Source: Akkermansiaceae bacterium (GTDB taxonomy: Bacteria; Verrucomicrobiota; Verrucomicrobiia; Verrucomicrobiales; Akkermansiaceae). Taken from it: a stretch of 64,000 bases of DNA. The notes beneath the pieces are model-generated. The model was not told where the DNA came from and did not search any database. It was given only the letters and a program-made list of their open reading frames with translations. The stretch lies in the NCBI GenBank assembly GCA_015061985.1, contig SUVN01000003.1:41024-105023 (forward strand), written 5' to 3'. Shown piece after piece: positions 27,545 to 37,358 of the stretch. The translations under genes and the position numbers were made by a program. Position 1 is the first letter of the stretch. Every line of letters starts with the position of its first letter.

Positions 27545-28789
27545 ATGAAGACAACAAAGATTTTACAAGTGCCTGATACATCAGCCACAGCGGTGGACTA
27601 TCTGAAGAACGATGCCGAAGACCAGGGCGAACTGGTATCCCTGAACATGGGACCGTCACACCCTGCCACACACGGCGTACTTCGCTTAAAGTTAGTGATT
27701 GACGGTGAGGAGATTGTGTCCTGCGATCCCGTCATTGGCTACCTGCACCGCGGCATGGAAAAGATTGCCGAGAACTGCCATTACAACCAGTTTGTGACCT
27801 ACACGGACCGCATGGACTACCTGGCTCCGATGAGCAACAACATCGCCTACGCCTGCGCGGTGGAGAAGCTGATGGGCTGGGAGCTGCCGGAACGCGGCCA
27901 GGCCATCCGCGTGTTGTGCTGCGAGCTTTCCCGCATCTCCTCCTGCTTCCTGGGCACGGGCGTGTATGCCATGGACACCGGCGCCATGACCGCTTTCCTG
28001 TATGCATTCGAGGAGAAGGAGCGCGTCCACAACATCTACGAGCAGATTTGCGGTGCCCGCTTCACCTCCAGCTACACCCGCATCGGCGGCATGACCCGCG
28101 ATTTGCCGAAGGGAATCGAGAAACAGATACTTGCTTTCTGCGACAGCGCCCTGCGCACCGTGGATGAGATGGAAAAGCTGCTGCTGCACAACAAGGTATT
28201 CATCGACCGACTGGTCGGCGTGGGTGTCATCACCAAGGAGATGGCCCTGCAGAACGGCATGACCGGCAACAACCTGCGCGCCAGCGGCATCCGGCGCGAC
28301 CTGCGCAAAACCAACCCCTATCTGGGCTACGAGCAGTATGAATTCGACATTCCCGTGGCAGAGGAAGGCGACTGCTACGCCCGCTTCCAGGTGCGCATGG
28401 AAGAAATCCGCCAGTCCGTCCGCATCATACGCCAGGTACTGGCCAAGCTGCCCGGCGGCCCCATCTGGGTGCAGAACGACAAGGGCATCCTGCCCAACAA
28501 ACAGGCTGCCATGGAGGGCATGGAGGAACTCATCCGCCAGTTCATGGTCAGCACAGAGTGCGTGAACGCCCCGGTCGGTCAGGTCTACTTTGCCGCCGAA
28601 AACCCGAAGGGCGAGCTGGGCTTCTTCCTGGATTCCAAGGGCGGCGGTATTGCCAACCGCCTGAAGATGCGCAGCCCCTCCTACTGCACCCTTTCCATCC
28701 TGCCGGAGCTGCTGCCGGGTCACCTGGTCAGTGACGTACCCGCCATTCTGGGCTCCTTCGACTTCGTGCAGGGCGAATGCGACCGCTAA
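27545..28789 (+). CDS. nuoD: NADH-quinone oxidoreductase subunit D
   Basis: NMGPSHPATHGVLRL, GYLHRGMEK, RMDYLAP and the C-terminal GECDR: canonical NuoD/49-kDa subunit motifs. Confidence 0.95.
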   Translation: MKTTKILQVPDTSATAVDYLKNDAEDQGELVSLNMGPSHPATHGVLRLKLVIDGEEIVSCDPVIGYLHRGMEKIAENCHYNQFVTYTDRMDYLAPMSNNIAYACAVEKLMGWELPERGQAIRVLCCELSRISSCFLGTGVYAMDTGAMTAFLYAFEEKERVHNIYEQICGARFTSSYTRIGGMTRDLPKGIEKQILAFCDSALRTVDEMEKLLLHNKVFIDRLVGVGVITKEMALQNGMTGNNLRASGIRRDLRKTNPYLGYEQYEFDIPVAEEGDCYARFQVRMEEIRQSVRIIRQVLAKLPGGPIWVQNDKGILPNKQAAMEGMEELIRQFMVSTECVNAPVGQVYFAAENPKGELGFFLDSKGGGIANRLKMRSPSYCTLSILPELLPGHLVSDVPAILGSFDFVQGECDR

Positions 28790-28820
28790 CACCTTTCAAA
28801 GACAACACTTCTGAACACAC

Positions 28821-29402
28821 ATGTCTGAACAACCCAATGCGATTGACGCCCTGACGGCGGCCAAGCCTTCTCCCGGTGAGAAGTACTTCCCCAAGTTCCA
28901 GGTTACAGAGGAGCTGACGGCTGAGGCCGCCAAGCTGGTGGCTCTGTACCCGGAGGGCAAGGAACAGTCTGCCGTGCTGCCCATCATCCACATGATTCAG
29001 GAAAAGCACGGCTACATCTGCCCGGAGGCCATGCCCTGGATTGCGGAAATGTGCAAGAGCACACCCATCCATGTGGCCGGCGTGGTCACTTTCTATCCCG
29101 GCATCCACACGACCTGCCCCGGCAAGTACCATTTCCGCGTGTGCCGCACCATCGCCTGTGCGCTTTCCGGCGGCGAGGAGCTGCTGGCCTACATCTGCGG
29201 CAAGATTGGCGTGAATCCCGCCGAGCTCACCGATGAACACCCGATGGCCGTGAGCCCGGATGGCCTGTGGAGCATCGAACCGGTGGAGTGCCTGGCCAAC
29301 TGCGGATTCGGCCCCAACGTAATGATTAACGAAACGCTGTATTCTCAGGTCACGCCGAAGATGATTGACAAGCTGATCAGCGAATACAGCAAGAAAGACT
29401 AA
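28821..29402 (+). CDS. nuoE: NADH-quinone oxidoreductase subunit E
   Basis: 2Fe-2S ligand pattern VCRTIACALSG...VECLANCGFGP, with size and position typical of NuoE. Confidence 0.9.
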   Translation: MSEQPNAIDALTAAKPSPGEKYFPKFQVTEELTAEAAKLVALYPEGKEQSAVLPIIHMIQEKHGYICPEAMPWIAEMCKSTPIHVAGVVTFYPGIHTTCPGKYHFRVCRTIACALSGGEELLAYICGKIGVNPAELTDEHPMAVSPDGLWSIEPVECLANCGFGPNVMINETLYSQVTPKMIDKLISEYSKKD

Positions 29403-29418
29403 CCCCCCTCTGCGAAAC

Positions 29419-30828
29419 ATGAGCGAAATCACCTACATTCGCGGTCGCGAACCGCACCCGCGTGAAACGCGTCGCATTTTCCGTAACATTGACCGCGAGG
29501 GATACAATCCTTCCATCAAATGCTTCATGGAGGACGGCGGCTATGAGACGCTGAAGAAGGCCATCAAGATGGAGCCTGCCGATGTCATCAACGAAGTGAA
29601 GAAGAGCGGGCTGCGCGGTCGCGGCGGTGCCGGTTTCCCCACCGGCGTGAAGTGGACTTTCATTCCCAAGGGCAACACCAAGCCCGTCTACCTGGTCTGC
29701 AACTGCGACGAATCCGAGCCCGGCACCTTCAAGGATCGCTTTGTGGTGCACCAGGACCCGCACCAGCTGCTGGAGGGCATGATTATCGCCTGCTATGCCG
29801 TGCAGGCTCACTTTGGTGTCATCTACATGCGCGAAGAGTTCCCGGAGGCTGCCAAAATCATGCAGAACGCCATTGAGGAAGCCAAGAAGAAGAAATTCCT
29901 GGGCAAGAACATCCTCAAGAGCGGCTTTGACCTGGAAATCATCGTCCACCGCGGTGCCGGTGCCTATATCTGCGGTGAAGAAACCGGCCTCATCAACTCC
30001 ATTGAGGGTCTGCGCCCCTATCCGCGCATCAAACCGCCCTTCTTCCCCGCCGCCATCGGTCTGTATGGCTGCCCGACTATCGTGAACAACGTGGAATCTC
30101 TCTGCCAGGTACGCCAGGTGCTCATGCGCGGCGGCGAGGCCTATGCCGCAGAGGGTGCGCAGCGCTCCCCCGGCACCCGCATCATCGGCGTGTCCGGCGA
30201 TGTGCGCCGCCCGGGCTACTATGAAATCATTTCCGGCTCCATCACCTACGGAGAGCTGCTGTACGACATCTGCGGCGGCCCGAAGCGCGGTCGCAAGTTC
30301 AAGGCCATCATCCCCGGCGGTGCCTCTGCCAAGGTGATGCGCTGTGACGAAGTGCTCAAGGATCGCAACCCGGACGGCACCGTGCGCGAGATGAGCGTGT
30401 TCGACATCCCGCTGGATCTGGACTCCATCGCCAAATTCGGCTCCATGAGCGGTTCCGGCGGTGTGATTGTGATGGATGATTCCCGCAGCATGCCCAAGGT
30501 GCTCAACAACCTCAACCGCTTCTTCGCCTGGGAGTCCTGCGGTCAGTGCTCCCCCTGCCGCGAAGGCAACCCGTGGATGCTCAAGCTCTCCACCCGTATC
30601 TGCGAGGGCAAGGGCTCTCCTGAGGATGTGGATTTGCTCAAGTCCGTGGCAGACAACATCTGCGGTCGCACCGTCTGTGCTTTCGGTGAGGCCTGCTCCT
30701 GGCCCACCCAGGCATTCACCACCAAGTTCCGGGAAGAGTTCCTGGCGCTCACCAAGCCCATCAACGCCCTCAAGGCTCACTCCCCGGAGACGGCCGAGGC
30801 CCGCAAGTACCTGATTCGCGAAGACTAA
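29419..30828 (+). CDS. nuoF: NADH-quinone oxidoreductase subunit F
   Basis: GLRGRGGAGFPTGVKW (FMN site), CNCDESEPGTFKDR, and the 4Fe-4S motif ESCGQCSPCREG. Confidence 0.95.
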   Translation: MSEITYIRGREPHPRETRRIFRNIDREGYNPSIKCFMEDGGYETLKKAIKMEPADVINEVKKSGLRGRGGAGFPTGVKWTFIPKGNTKPVYLVCNCDESEPGTFKDRFVVHQDPHQLLEGMIIACYAVQAHFGVIYMREEFPEAAKIMQNAIEEAKKKKFLGKNILKSGFDLEIIVHRGAGAYICGEETGLINSIEGLRPYPRIKPPFFPAAIGLYGCPTIVNNVESLCQVRQVLMRGGEAYAAEGAQRSPGTRIIGVSGDVRRPGYYEIISGSITYGELLYDICGGPKRGRKFKAIIPGGASAKVMRCDEVLKDRNPDGTVREMSVFDIPLDLDSIAKFGSMSGSGGVIVMDDSRSMPKVLNNLNRFFAWESCGQCSPCREGNPWMLKLSTRICEGKGSPEDVDLLKSVADNICGRTVCAFGEACSWPTQAFTTKFREEFLALTKPINALKAHSPETAEARKYLIRED

Positions 30829-30846
30829 ACCTCTCTCTTTACCTAC

Positions 30847-32580
30847 ATGAGCTCTATTCCCGCAATACTGCCGAAGGACGCCGCCGCCGCAGAAGGCAAG
30901 GTGAACGTCCAGATTAACGGCACCTGGTATCGATTCCCCAAGGGCACCCGCATCGTGGATGCCTGTAACTCCGTGGGTGCGCACGTGCCCACCTTCTGCT
31001 ATCACCCGAAGCTCTCCGTGGTGGGTTCCTGCCGCATGTGCCTGGTGGAACAGGGCATGCCCCCGCGCCTGGCGCCCGGTGCCGCCCCCACCTATGATGA
31101 AAACGGCTACCAGCCCATCTCCTGGATGCCCCGCGCCGTCATCGCCTGCGCCAACACCGTGGCAGAGAATATGGGTATCCGCACCAACAGCAAGATGACC
31201 GAAGAGGCTCGCAAGGGCGTGCTGGAGTTCCTGCTGACCAACCACCCGCTGGACTGCCCCATCTGTGACCAGGCCGGCGAGTGCAAGCTTCAGGAATACA
31301 CCGCCGACTACGGTCGCGGCACCCACCGCTTCACCGAGGCCAAGACCAAGAAGGGCAAGAACCTGCCCATCGGCCCGCGCGTGAATCTGGACCAGGAGCG
31401 CTGCGTGCTGTGCCGCCGCTGCGTTCGCTTCATGAAGGAAATCGTGGGCGAGGAAGTGCTGGGCGTCGTGAACCGCGGCACCCACAACGCCATTTCCTGC
31501 TACCCCGGCACCACGCTGGACAGCAATTACTCCATGAACACCGTGGACCTCTGCCCCGTTGGTGCGCTCACCAGCAAGGACTTCCGCTTCCAGATGCGCG
31601 TCTGGTTCCTGAAGAGCACGCCGACCATCGACGTGAACTGCGGCACCGGCACCAACATCAACATCTGGACGCGCGAGAGCAAGGTGTACCGCATTACCCC
31701 GCGTCAGAATGACGAGGTGAACAGCTGCTGGATGCCCGACAGCCACCGCTTGAATTACAAGTACATCAATGCCCCGGAGCGTATCCTTTCCCCGCTGGTC
31801 AAGACCGATGCCAAGGCACCGCAGCGCCCCACCACCTGGGACTCTGCCCTCAACCTCGTGGTCGAGCAGCTGCACAAGTGTGCCCCCACGGAGACAGCCA
31901 TTGTGGCCTCTGCCCGCATGACCAATGAAGAGCTCTACATGGTGCGCGCTCTGGCTCGCCAGCTCGGTATCACGAAGCTCGACATCGTTTCCCGCAAGGG
32001 TGCGGGCGATAACATGCTGGTGAGCGAAGACCGTAACCCGAACACCAACGGCGTGAAGATGATTCTGGGCAAGACCGGCACCGGTCTGAACGCCATCCGC
32101 CGCGGCGTGCGCAACGGCACCGTCCGCTTCGTCATTGCGCTGGGTGAGGATTTGACCTCCCCGGAGGCCGGCTTCACGAAGGAGGATTTGGAAGGGCTGG
32201 ATTACCTGCTGACCATCCACCACAGCGAGAACGAAACCACCCGCATGTCCGACGTGGTGCTGCCCGGTGTGACCTTCGCAGAGAAATACGGTACCATGAT
32301 CAACGTGGCAGGCCGTATCCAGCGACTGAACAAGGCCATCGAGCCGATGGGCGAGGCGCACTCCGACTGGGCCATCTTCCGCGATGTGTCTGAGCGTCTG
32401 GGTTGCGACTGCGTGAAAGTGATTGCCTGCCCCACACCGATGATGGTGCTGGAGGAAATGGCACAGGAGTTCGAGCCGATGAAGGGTCTCACCTGGGGCA
32501 ACATCGGCAACGAGGGCAAGGTGATTCTGAACACCGGTGTCACCATCCCCCTCATTGAGCGGACAAAAGCGAAGAACTAA
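30847..32580 (+). CDS. nuoG: NADH-quinone oxidoreductase subunit G (short form, 577 aa)
   Basis: CYHPKLSVVGSCRMCLVE (2Fe-2S), HPLDCPICDQAGECKLQ, CVLCRRCVRF and CPVGALT clusters. The molybdopterin-like C-terminal part is shorter than in E. coli NuoG. Confidence 0.9.
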   Translation: MSSIPAILPKDAAAAEGKVNVQINGTWYRFPKGTRIVDACNSVGAHVPTFCYHPKLSVVGSCRMCLVEQGMPPRLAPGAAPTYDENGYQPISWMPRAVIACANTVAENMGIRTNSKMTEEARKGVLEFLLTNHPLDCPICDQAGECKLQEYTADYGRGTHRFTEAKTKKGKNLPIGPRVNLDQERCVLCRRCVRFMKEIVGEEVLGVVNRGTHNAISCYPGTTLDSNYSMNTVDLCPVGALTSKDFRFQMRVWFLKSTPTIDVNCGTGTNINIWTRESKVYRITPRQNDEVNSCWMPDSHRLNYKYINAPERILSPLVKTDAKAPQRPTTWDSALNLVVEQLHKCAPTETAIVASARMTNEELYMVRALARQLGITKLDIVSRKGAGDNMLVSEDRNPNTNGVKMILGKTGTGLNAIRRGVRNGTVRFVIALGEDLTSPEAGFTKEDLEGLDYLLTIHHSENETTRMSDVVLPGVTFAEKYGTMINVAGRIQRLNKAIEPMGEAHSDWAIFRDVSERLGCDCVKVIACPTPMMVLEEMAQEFEPMKGLTWGNIGNEGKVILNTGVTIPLIERTKAKN

Positions 32581-32609
32581 TCTCAACACCAACGTAATAT
32601 AAACCTGAT

Positions 32610-33875
32610 ATGATGGACGCTATCTTAAATTGGTGCGACAACCTGCTGGAAAACGACATCTGGTTCTACCTGATTACCACAGTAATCAAGTTGGTGCTGA
32701 TGTTCGCCGTGATTCTGGCATTCGTTGTCCTTTCCGTGTGGATTGAGCGCCGAGTGGCCGGCTGGATTCAGGACCGTCCCGGTCCCAACCGCGCCGGCAT
32801 TCCGCTGACGCTCTTCAAGCGCTACGGCAGCAAGGAGAAGCAGCCGCTCAAGAACGTGCTGCACTACTTCGGTATCCCGGAGACCTGCTGGATTGCCAAG
32901 CTCTGCACCTGGCTGAAGCTCGACCGCGACATCCCGACTTTCGGTCTGATGCAGCCCTGTCTGGACGGCGGCAAGCTCTTCCTCAAGCAGGAAAACACCC
33001 CCTCCTACGTGCGTAAGATTTATTTCATCATCGCTCCCATGCTGGTGCTGGGGCCGCCCATGGTGGCAGCAGCGGTGGTGCCTTTCGCCTCCTCTGCCTC
33101 CACCTGCTGGGGTGATATCAACATGGTGGTGGCCAACATCGGCATCGGCCCGCTGTGGATTTTCGCCATCTCCGGGCTCTCCGTGTACGGTATCACCATG
33201 GCCGGCTGGTCCTCCAACTCCAAGTTCCCGTTCCTGGGCGGTCTGCGCGCCACGGCTCAGCTCATCTCCTACGAGGTGGCCATGGGGCTTTCCATCATCC
33301 CGCTGCTGATGATGTTCGGCACGCTCAACATGCAGGACATCGTGAGCAACCAGGCCGCCAACGGCTGGACGCTGCTGCCGCTCTGGGGTGAGGGTCTGAG
33401 CCTCCAGCGCTGGGTCATGATGGTGCCGATGGCTCTCAGCTTCATCATCTTTGTGACCTGCGTCTTTGCAGAGGCCAACCGTACGCCCTTCGATATGGCA
33501 GAGTGTGAAACCGACCTCGTGGGCGGTTACCACACGGAATACTCCTCCATGAAGTTCGCCTCATTCTTCATGGGTGAATACGCCGCCATGGTCATCGGCT
33601 CCGCGCTGGTGGTCACCCTCTTCCTGGGTGGCTGGTCCATCGGCTTCGGTGCGGATGAAGCGCTCCACGCCTGGTGCGACTGGGTGGCCGTCATCTGCCA
33701 GTTCCTCATGTTCATCATCAAGCTGCTGGCCTTCATCTTCTTCTTTGTGTGGGTGCGCTGGACACTGCCGCGCTTCCGCTGGGACCAGGTGATGAAGCTG
33801 GGTTGGCTCGTCTTCCTGGAGCTGGCCGTAGCCAACATCTTCCTGACTGCCGCCGTACTGTATTTCATCAAGTAA
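32610..33875 (+). CDS. nuoH: NADH-quinone oxidoreductase subunit H (with insertion in the TM1-TM2 loop)
   Basis: ERRVAGWIQDRPGPNR, GWSSNSKFPFLGGLRATAQLISYEV, AEANRTPFDMAECETDLVGGYHTEYSS, and FFFVWVRWTLPRFRWDQ. Confidence 0.95.
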   Translation: MMDAILNWCDNLLENDIWFYLITTVIKLVLMFAVILAFVVLSVWIERRVAGWIQDRPGPNRAGIPLTLFKRYGSKEKQPLKNVLHYFGIPETCWIAKLCTWLKLDRDIPTFGLMQPCLDGGKLFLKQENTPSYVRKIYFIIAPMLVLGPPMVAAAVVPFASSASTCWGDINMVVANIGIGPLWIFAISGLSVYGITMAGWSSNSKFPFLGGLRATAQLISYEVAMGLSIIPLLMMFGTLNMQDIVSNQAANGWTLLPLWGEGLSLQRWVMMVPMALSFIIFVTCVFAEANRTPFDMAECETDLVGGYHTEYSSMKFASFFMGEYAAMVIGSALVVTLFLGGWSIGFGADEALHAWCDWVAVICQFLMFIIKLLAFIFFFVWVRWTLPRFRWDQVMKLGWLVFLELAVANIFLTAAVLYFIK

Positions 33876-33890
33876 CCCCTTACACTCATC

Positions 33891-34457
33891 ATGTCTTACA
33901 TCAAAATCAAACGGCCCAAGTTCTCCATCCTGGACAAGGTCTACGTGGTGGAGCTCGTGAAGGGGCTCTGCATCACCTTCAAGCACCTGGTGCTTTCCCT
34001 CCTGGGCAAAACCCCGGCCAAGAAAGAATTCAACGGCAAGGGCGTGGGCGCCTGTATGCCCTTCCCCGAACAGCGCTGGGATGACCGCCTGCCCGAATAC
34101 TACCGCGGCGCTCCCACGCTGGTGCGCGGCGAGGACGGACGCGAGCGCTGCGTTTCCTGCCAGCTCTGCGAGTTCATCTGCCCGGCACGCGCCATCACCG
34201 TGACCCCCGGTGAGGTTTCCCCGGACAGCGGCTGTCAGAAACAGGAAAAAGCTCCCAAGGAGTTCGAGATTGACATGCTGCGCTGCATCTACTGCGGCAT
34301 GTGCCAGGAAGTCTGCCCGGAGCAGGCCATCTTCCTCTCCAAGGAATACCTCATCACCATGACCGATCGCAAGAACGCCGTCCGCAACAAGGAGACGCTC
34401 TACCGCCTGGGCGGCACGCGCAAGGGTCTGGTCAACAAGTGGAACCAATACAAATAA
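33891..34457 (+). CDS. nuoI: NADH-quinone oxidoreductase subunit I
   Basis: Two ferredoxin-type 4Fe-4S motifs, CVSCQLCEFICP and CIYCGMCQEVCP. Confidence 0.95.
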   Translation: MSYIKIKRPKFSILDKVYVVELVKGLCITFKHLVLSLLGKTPAKKEFNGKGVGACMPFPEQRWDDRLPEYYRGAPTLVRGEDGRERCVSCQLCEFICPARAITVTPGEVSPDSGCQKQEKAPKEFEIDMLRCIYCGMCQEVCPEQAIFLSKEYLITMTDRKNAVRNKETLYRLGGTRKGLVNKWNQYK

Positions 34458-34466
34458 TATACCGCC

Positions 34467-35144
34467 ATGTTTGAATCCGCCATTTGTCAGATTATCTTTT
34501 ACGTGTTTGCGGCACTGGCTGCCCTGTGCGCCATCGGCGTCGTGGCTTTCCGCAACCCCGTGGCATCGGCCATGAACATGGCTCTGAGCTTCGGCTTCAC
34601 CGCCGCCATCCTCTTCGGCATGGGGGCTCAGTTCCTGGGCATTGTCCAGCTCATCGTCTATGCAGGCGCCATTCTGGTGCTCTTCCTCTTCGTCGTGATG
34701 ATGCTCGACGTGAAGGCTGAGGAGCATTCCGGGCTGATGCCCATGGTGGTGGGCGTTGTCGTTGCCTCCGTCTTCGCCGGAATCGTCACGCACGTGGCTC
34801 TGCACCTGCCGGGCGCACAGGACGGTGCCTGCCCGGTCATCACCGCCTGCGAGAACATCGATGCCCTGGCCGTGACCGATGAAGCCAAGGCAGAGAAGCC
34901 CGTCATCAGCTCCACCGGATTCGGCGGTTCCCTGCCGCAGCTGGACAGCAAGGCTGCCAATCTGGCCGCCAACCCGGGCATGAGCCCCGAGGCCGCTGCC
35001 GCCGCCACCGGGTATCCGGACATCAAGCTGCTGGGCAAGACCCTGTTCTCTCAGTACAACATTGCCTTTGTCATTCTGAGCTTTGCCCTGCTTTCCGGCA
35101 CGGTGGGCGCGGTTGCTCTGGCCCGCAAGATTCGCAAAGACTAA
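34467..35144 (+). CDS. nuoJ: NADH-quinone oxidoreductase subunit J
   Basis: Hydrophobic N-terminal helices (IVQLIVYAGAILVLFLFVVMML), followed by a long loop and a final TM. Its position lies between nuoI and nuoK. Confidence 0.85.
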   Translation: MFESAICQIIFYVFAALAALCAIGVVAFRNPVASAMNMALSFGFTAAILFGMGAQFLGIVQLIVYAGAILVLFLFVVMMLDVKAEEHSGLMPMVVGVVVASVFAGIVTHVALHLPGAQDGACPVITACENIDALAVTDEAKAEKPVISSTGFGGSLPQLDSKAANLAANPGMSPEAAAAATGYPDIKLLGKTLFSQYNIAFVILSFALLSGTVGAVALARKIRKD

Positions 35145-35162
35145 CCCCTTTCACACACACCC

Positions 35163-35483
35163 ATGACAATTCCGTTAGCACATTACCTGATTTTCTCAGG
35201 CATCCTGTTCTCCATCGGGCTGGCCGGGGTACTCATCCGCAAAAACATCCTCGTGGTGTTCATGTGTCTGGAGATGATGCTCAGCGCGGCCAACGTCTCG
35301 CTGGTGGCCTTCTCCCGCGCTCAGGGTACAGAAGGCATCCCGGTTTACGATGCACAGGTACTCTCCCTCTTCATCGTGGCCATTGCCGCGGCTGAAGTCT
35401 CCATTGGTCTGGCACTCATCGTGGCCATGTTCCGCGCCCGCCGCACGGTGGACAGCACCGCCCTCAACACACTCAAAGACTAA
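35163..35483 (+). CDS. nuoK: NADH-quinone oxidoreductase subunit K
   Basis: 106-aa three-TM protein with LEMMLSAANVSLVAFS and AAAEVSIGLALIV. Confidence 0.9.
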   Translation: MTIPLAHYLIFSGILFSIGLAGVLIRKNILVVFMCLEMMLSAANVSLVAFSRAQGTEGIPVYDAQVLSLFIVAIAAAEVSIGLALIVAMFRARRTVDSTALNTLKD

Positions 35484-35501
35484 CCCCACAGCAATACAGA
35501 T

Positions 35502-37337
35502 ATGATACAGAATCTTCCCTGGCTCTTCCTCGTACTGCCGCTGCTGGTGGCAGCCATTGACTGGGTGGTCTTCCACAAGTGCCCCAAGACGGCCGCCACG
35601 CTCTCCATCCTGTCCGCGCTGGGCACATTTGCCCTGTGTGTTGCCTACCTCTCCGGCTGGCAGACCGGCACGCCGGACATCTACACCTGGATGCCCATGG
35701 ACGCGGGAACGCTGTCTCTGCACCTGGGTCTGACCATGGATGCGCTGGCCATGCGCATGATGCTGGTAGTGACCGGTATCGGCCTGCTGGTTCACATCTT
35801 CTCCATCGGTTACATGAAGGGCGACAGCTCCAACCTGAGCCGCTACTTTGCCGGGCTGAGCATCTTCATGTTCAGCATGAGCACCATCGTGCTGGCTGAC
35901 AACCTGGCCATGACCTTCATCGGCTGGGAAATGGTGGGCTTCTCGTCCTACCTGCTCATCGGCCACTGGTTCCACAAGGCCAGCGCCGCCGATGCCGCCA
36001 AGAAGGCATTCATCACCAACCGCGTGGGCGACTTCGGCTTCCTGCTGGGTATCCTGCTCACCCTCGGCGTGTTCGGCACCCTCACCTTTGCCAACATGGG
36101 TACCGCCGCTGCCGGCGTGAATCCCTGCCTGCTGACGGTGACCGTCATCTGCCTCTTCTGCGGTGCCATCGGTAAGTCCGCCCAGTTCCCGCTGCATGTG
36201 TGGCTGCCGGACGCCATGGAAGGCCCCACGCCCGTATCCGCCCTCATCCACGCCGCCACCATGGTGGCCGCCGGTGTGTACATGATGGTGCGGCTGCAAA
36301 TCAGCATGGGTACCGGTGCCTTCACGGAGACCGCCTGCATGGTTATCGCCACCGTGGGTGCCATCACCGCTGTGATGGCCGCCATCATCGCCACCCAGCA
36401 GGACGACATCAAGCGCGTGCTTGCCTACTCCACCCTGTCCCAGCTGGGCTACATGGTCATGGCCGTGGGTCTGCTGGCCGGTGAAGCCGCCATGTTCCAC
36501 CTGTACACGCACGCCTGGTTCAAGGCGCTGCTCTTCCTGGGTGCCGGTGCCGTCATCGTGTGCTGCCACCACGAGCAGGATATCTGGAAGATGGGAGGGC
36601 TGGCACGTCGCATGCCCGTGACCGTGCTCTGCTTCCTCATGGGCACCTTCGCCCTCATCGCCGTCCCCGGATTCTCCGGCTTCTTCTCCAAGGAAGCCAT
36701 CCTCGATGCCGCCATTGTCAACCACCCCACATTCTTCTGGATTGGAGCCGGCGTGGCTGCCATCACCACCTTCTACATGGCTCGCCTCTGCCTGGTAGCC
36801 TTCTTCGGCCCGGCACGCGCTCATGGTGCGGAAGAGGCACGCGAGGCCTCCCCGACCATGCTGCTGCCCCTGCTGCTGCTGGCCGTCATGGCCATCATCT
36901 CCGGCTACGGATTTGTGGCTGACTACCTGGTGCCGGCTGAGGGCTTCACGGCTCCCGGCTTCCACTTCGGCTTCACCTTCTACGTGAGCCTGGGTGCGCT
37001 GGTACTGGGTCTGCTGGCCGCCATCGTAGTCTACGGCTTCGGCAAACGCAGCGCTGATCCGCTGAGCAACAACTTCATCTCCACCGCCCTCCGCAAGCGT
37101 CTCTACATCGATGCCATCTACGATAAGGGACTGGTGGGCGGCCTGCAGCAGTGCGGTGCTCACATCATCGAGTTCATCGACTCCGCCCTCATCCGCGGGC
37201 TGCTGGTACAGGGTCTCGCCTGGCTGGTGGGACGCATCGGCATCATGCTCAGCTGGATACAATGCGGCTCGCTGCGCGCCTATTCCTGCGTGGCAGGTCT
37301 GGGTATCCTCATCATCATCGTTCTCATCGCCCTCTAA
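35502..37337 (+). CDS. nuoL: NADH-quinone oxidoreductase subunit L
   Basis: Antiporter-like subunit: GWEMVGFSSYLLIGHW, KSAQFPLHVWLPDAMEGPTPVSALIHAATMV, and the C-terminal extension typical of NuoL. Confidence 0.95.
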   Translation: MIQNLPWLFLVLPLLVAAIDWVVFHKCPKTAATLSILSALGTFALCVAYLSGWQTGTPDIYTWMPMDAGTLSLHLGLTMDALAMRMMLVVTGIGLLVHIFSIGYMKGDSSNLSRYFAGLSIFMFSMSTIVLADNLAMTFIGWEMVGFSSYLLIGHWFHKASAADAAKKAFITNRVGDFGFLLGILLTLGVFGTLTFANMGTAAAGVNPCLLTVTVICLFCGAIGKSAQFPLHVWLPDAMEGPTPVSALIHAATMVAAGVYMMVRLQISMGTGAFTETACMVIATVGAITAVMAAIIATQQDDIKRVLAYSTLSQLGYMVMAVGLLAGEAAMFHLYTHAWFKALLFLGAGAVIVCCHHEQDIWKMGGLARRMPVTVLCFLMGTFALIAVPGFSGFFSKEAILDAAIVNHPTFFWIGAGVAAITTFYMARLCLVAFFGPARAHGAEEAREASPTMLLPLLLLAVMAIISGYGFVADYLVPAEGFTAPGFHFGFTFYVSLGALVLGLLAAIVVYGFGKRSADPLSNNFISTALRKRLYIDAIYDKGLVGGLQQCGAHIIEFIDSALIRGLLVQGLAWLVGRIGIMLSWIQCGSLRAYSCVAGLGILIIIVLIAL

Positions 37338-37358
37338 CACTAACCTGATATCACAATC

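Noticed and set aside
30847-32580. A short NuoG (577 aa), considered as a possible truncation or pseudogene.
   Set aside because: The ORF is intact, all N-terminal Fe-S motifs are present, and it is followed after 29 nt by nuoH. Short NuoG variants lacking part of the molybdopterin-like domain exist in other bacteria.
29377-32592. A 1071-aa ORF on the minus strand opposite nuoF/nuoG. Similar long antisense ORFs lie at 35196-37892 (opposite nuoL/M), 38956-40527 (nuoN), 33561-34805 (nuoH-J), 27692-28792 (nuoD), 44645-47191 (acnA), 41365-42978 (guaB), 18432-20549 (S41 peptidase), 48940-50889 (GH84), 51875-54442 and 2300-3604.
   Set aside because: Each lies antisense to a gene with unambiguous conserved motifs. 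Their translations are low-complexity G/A/H/R/V/D-rich strings without motifs. Long stop-free antisense frames are expected in high-G+C coding DNA.
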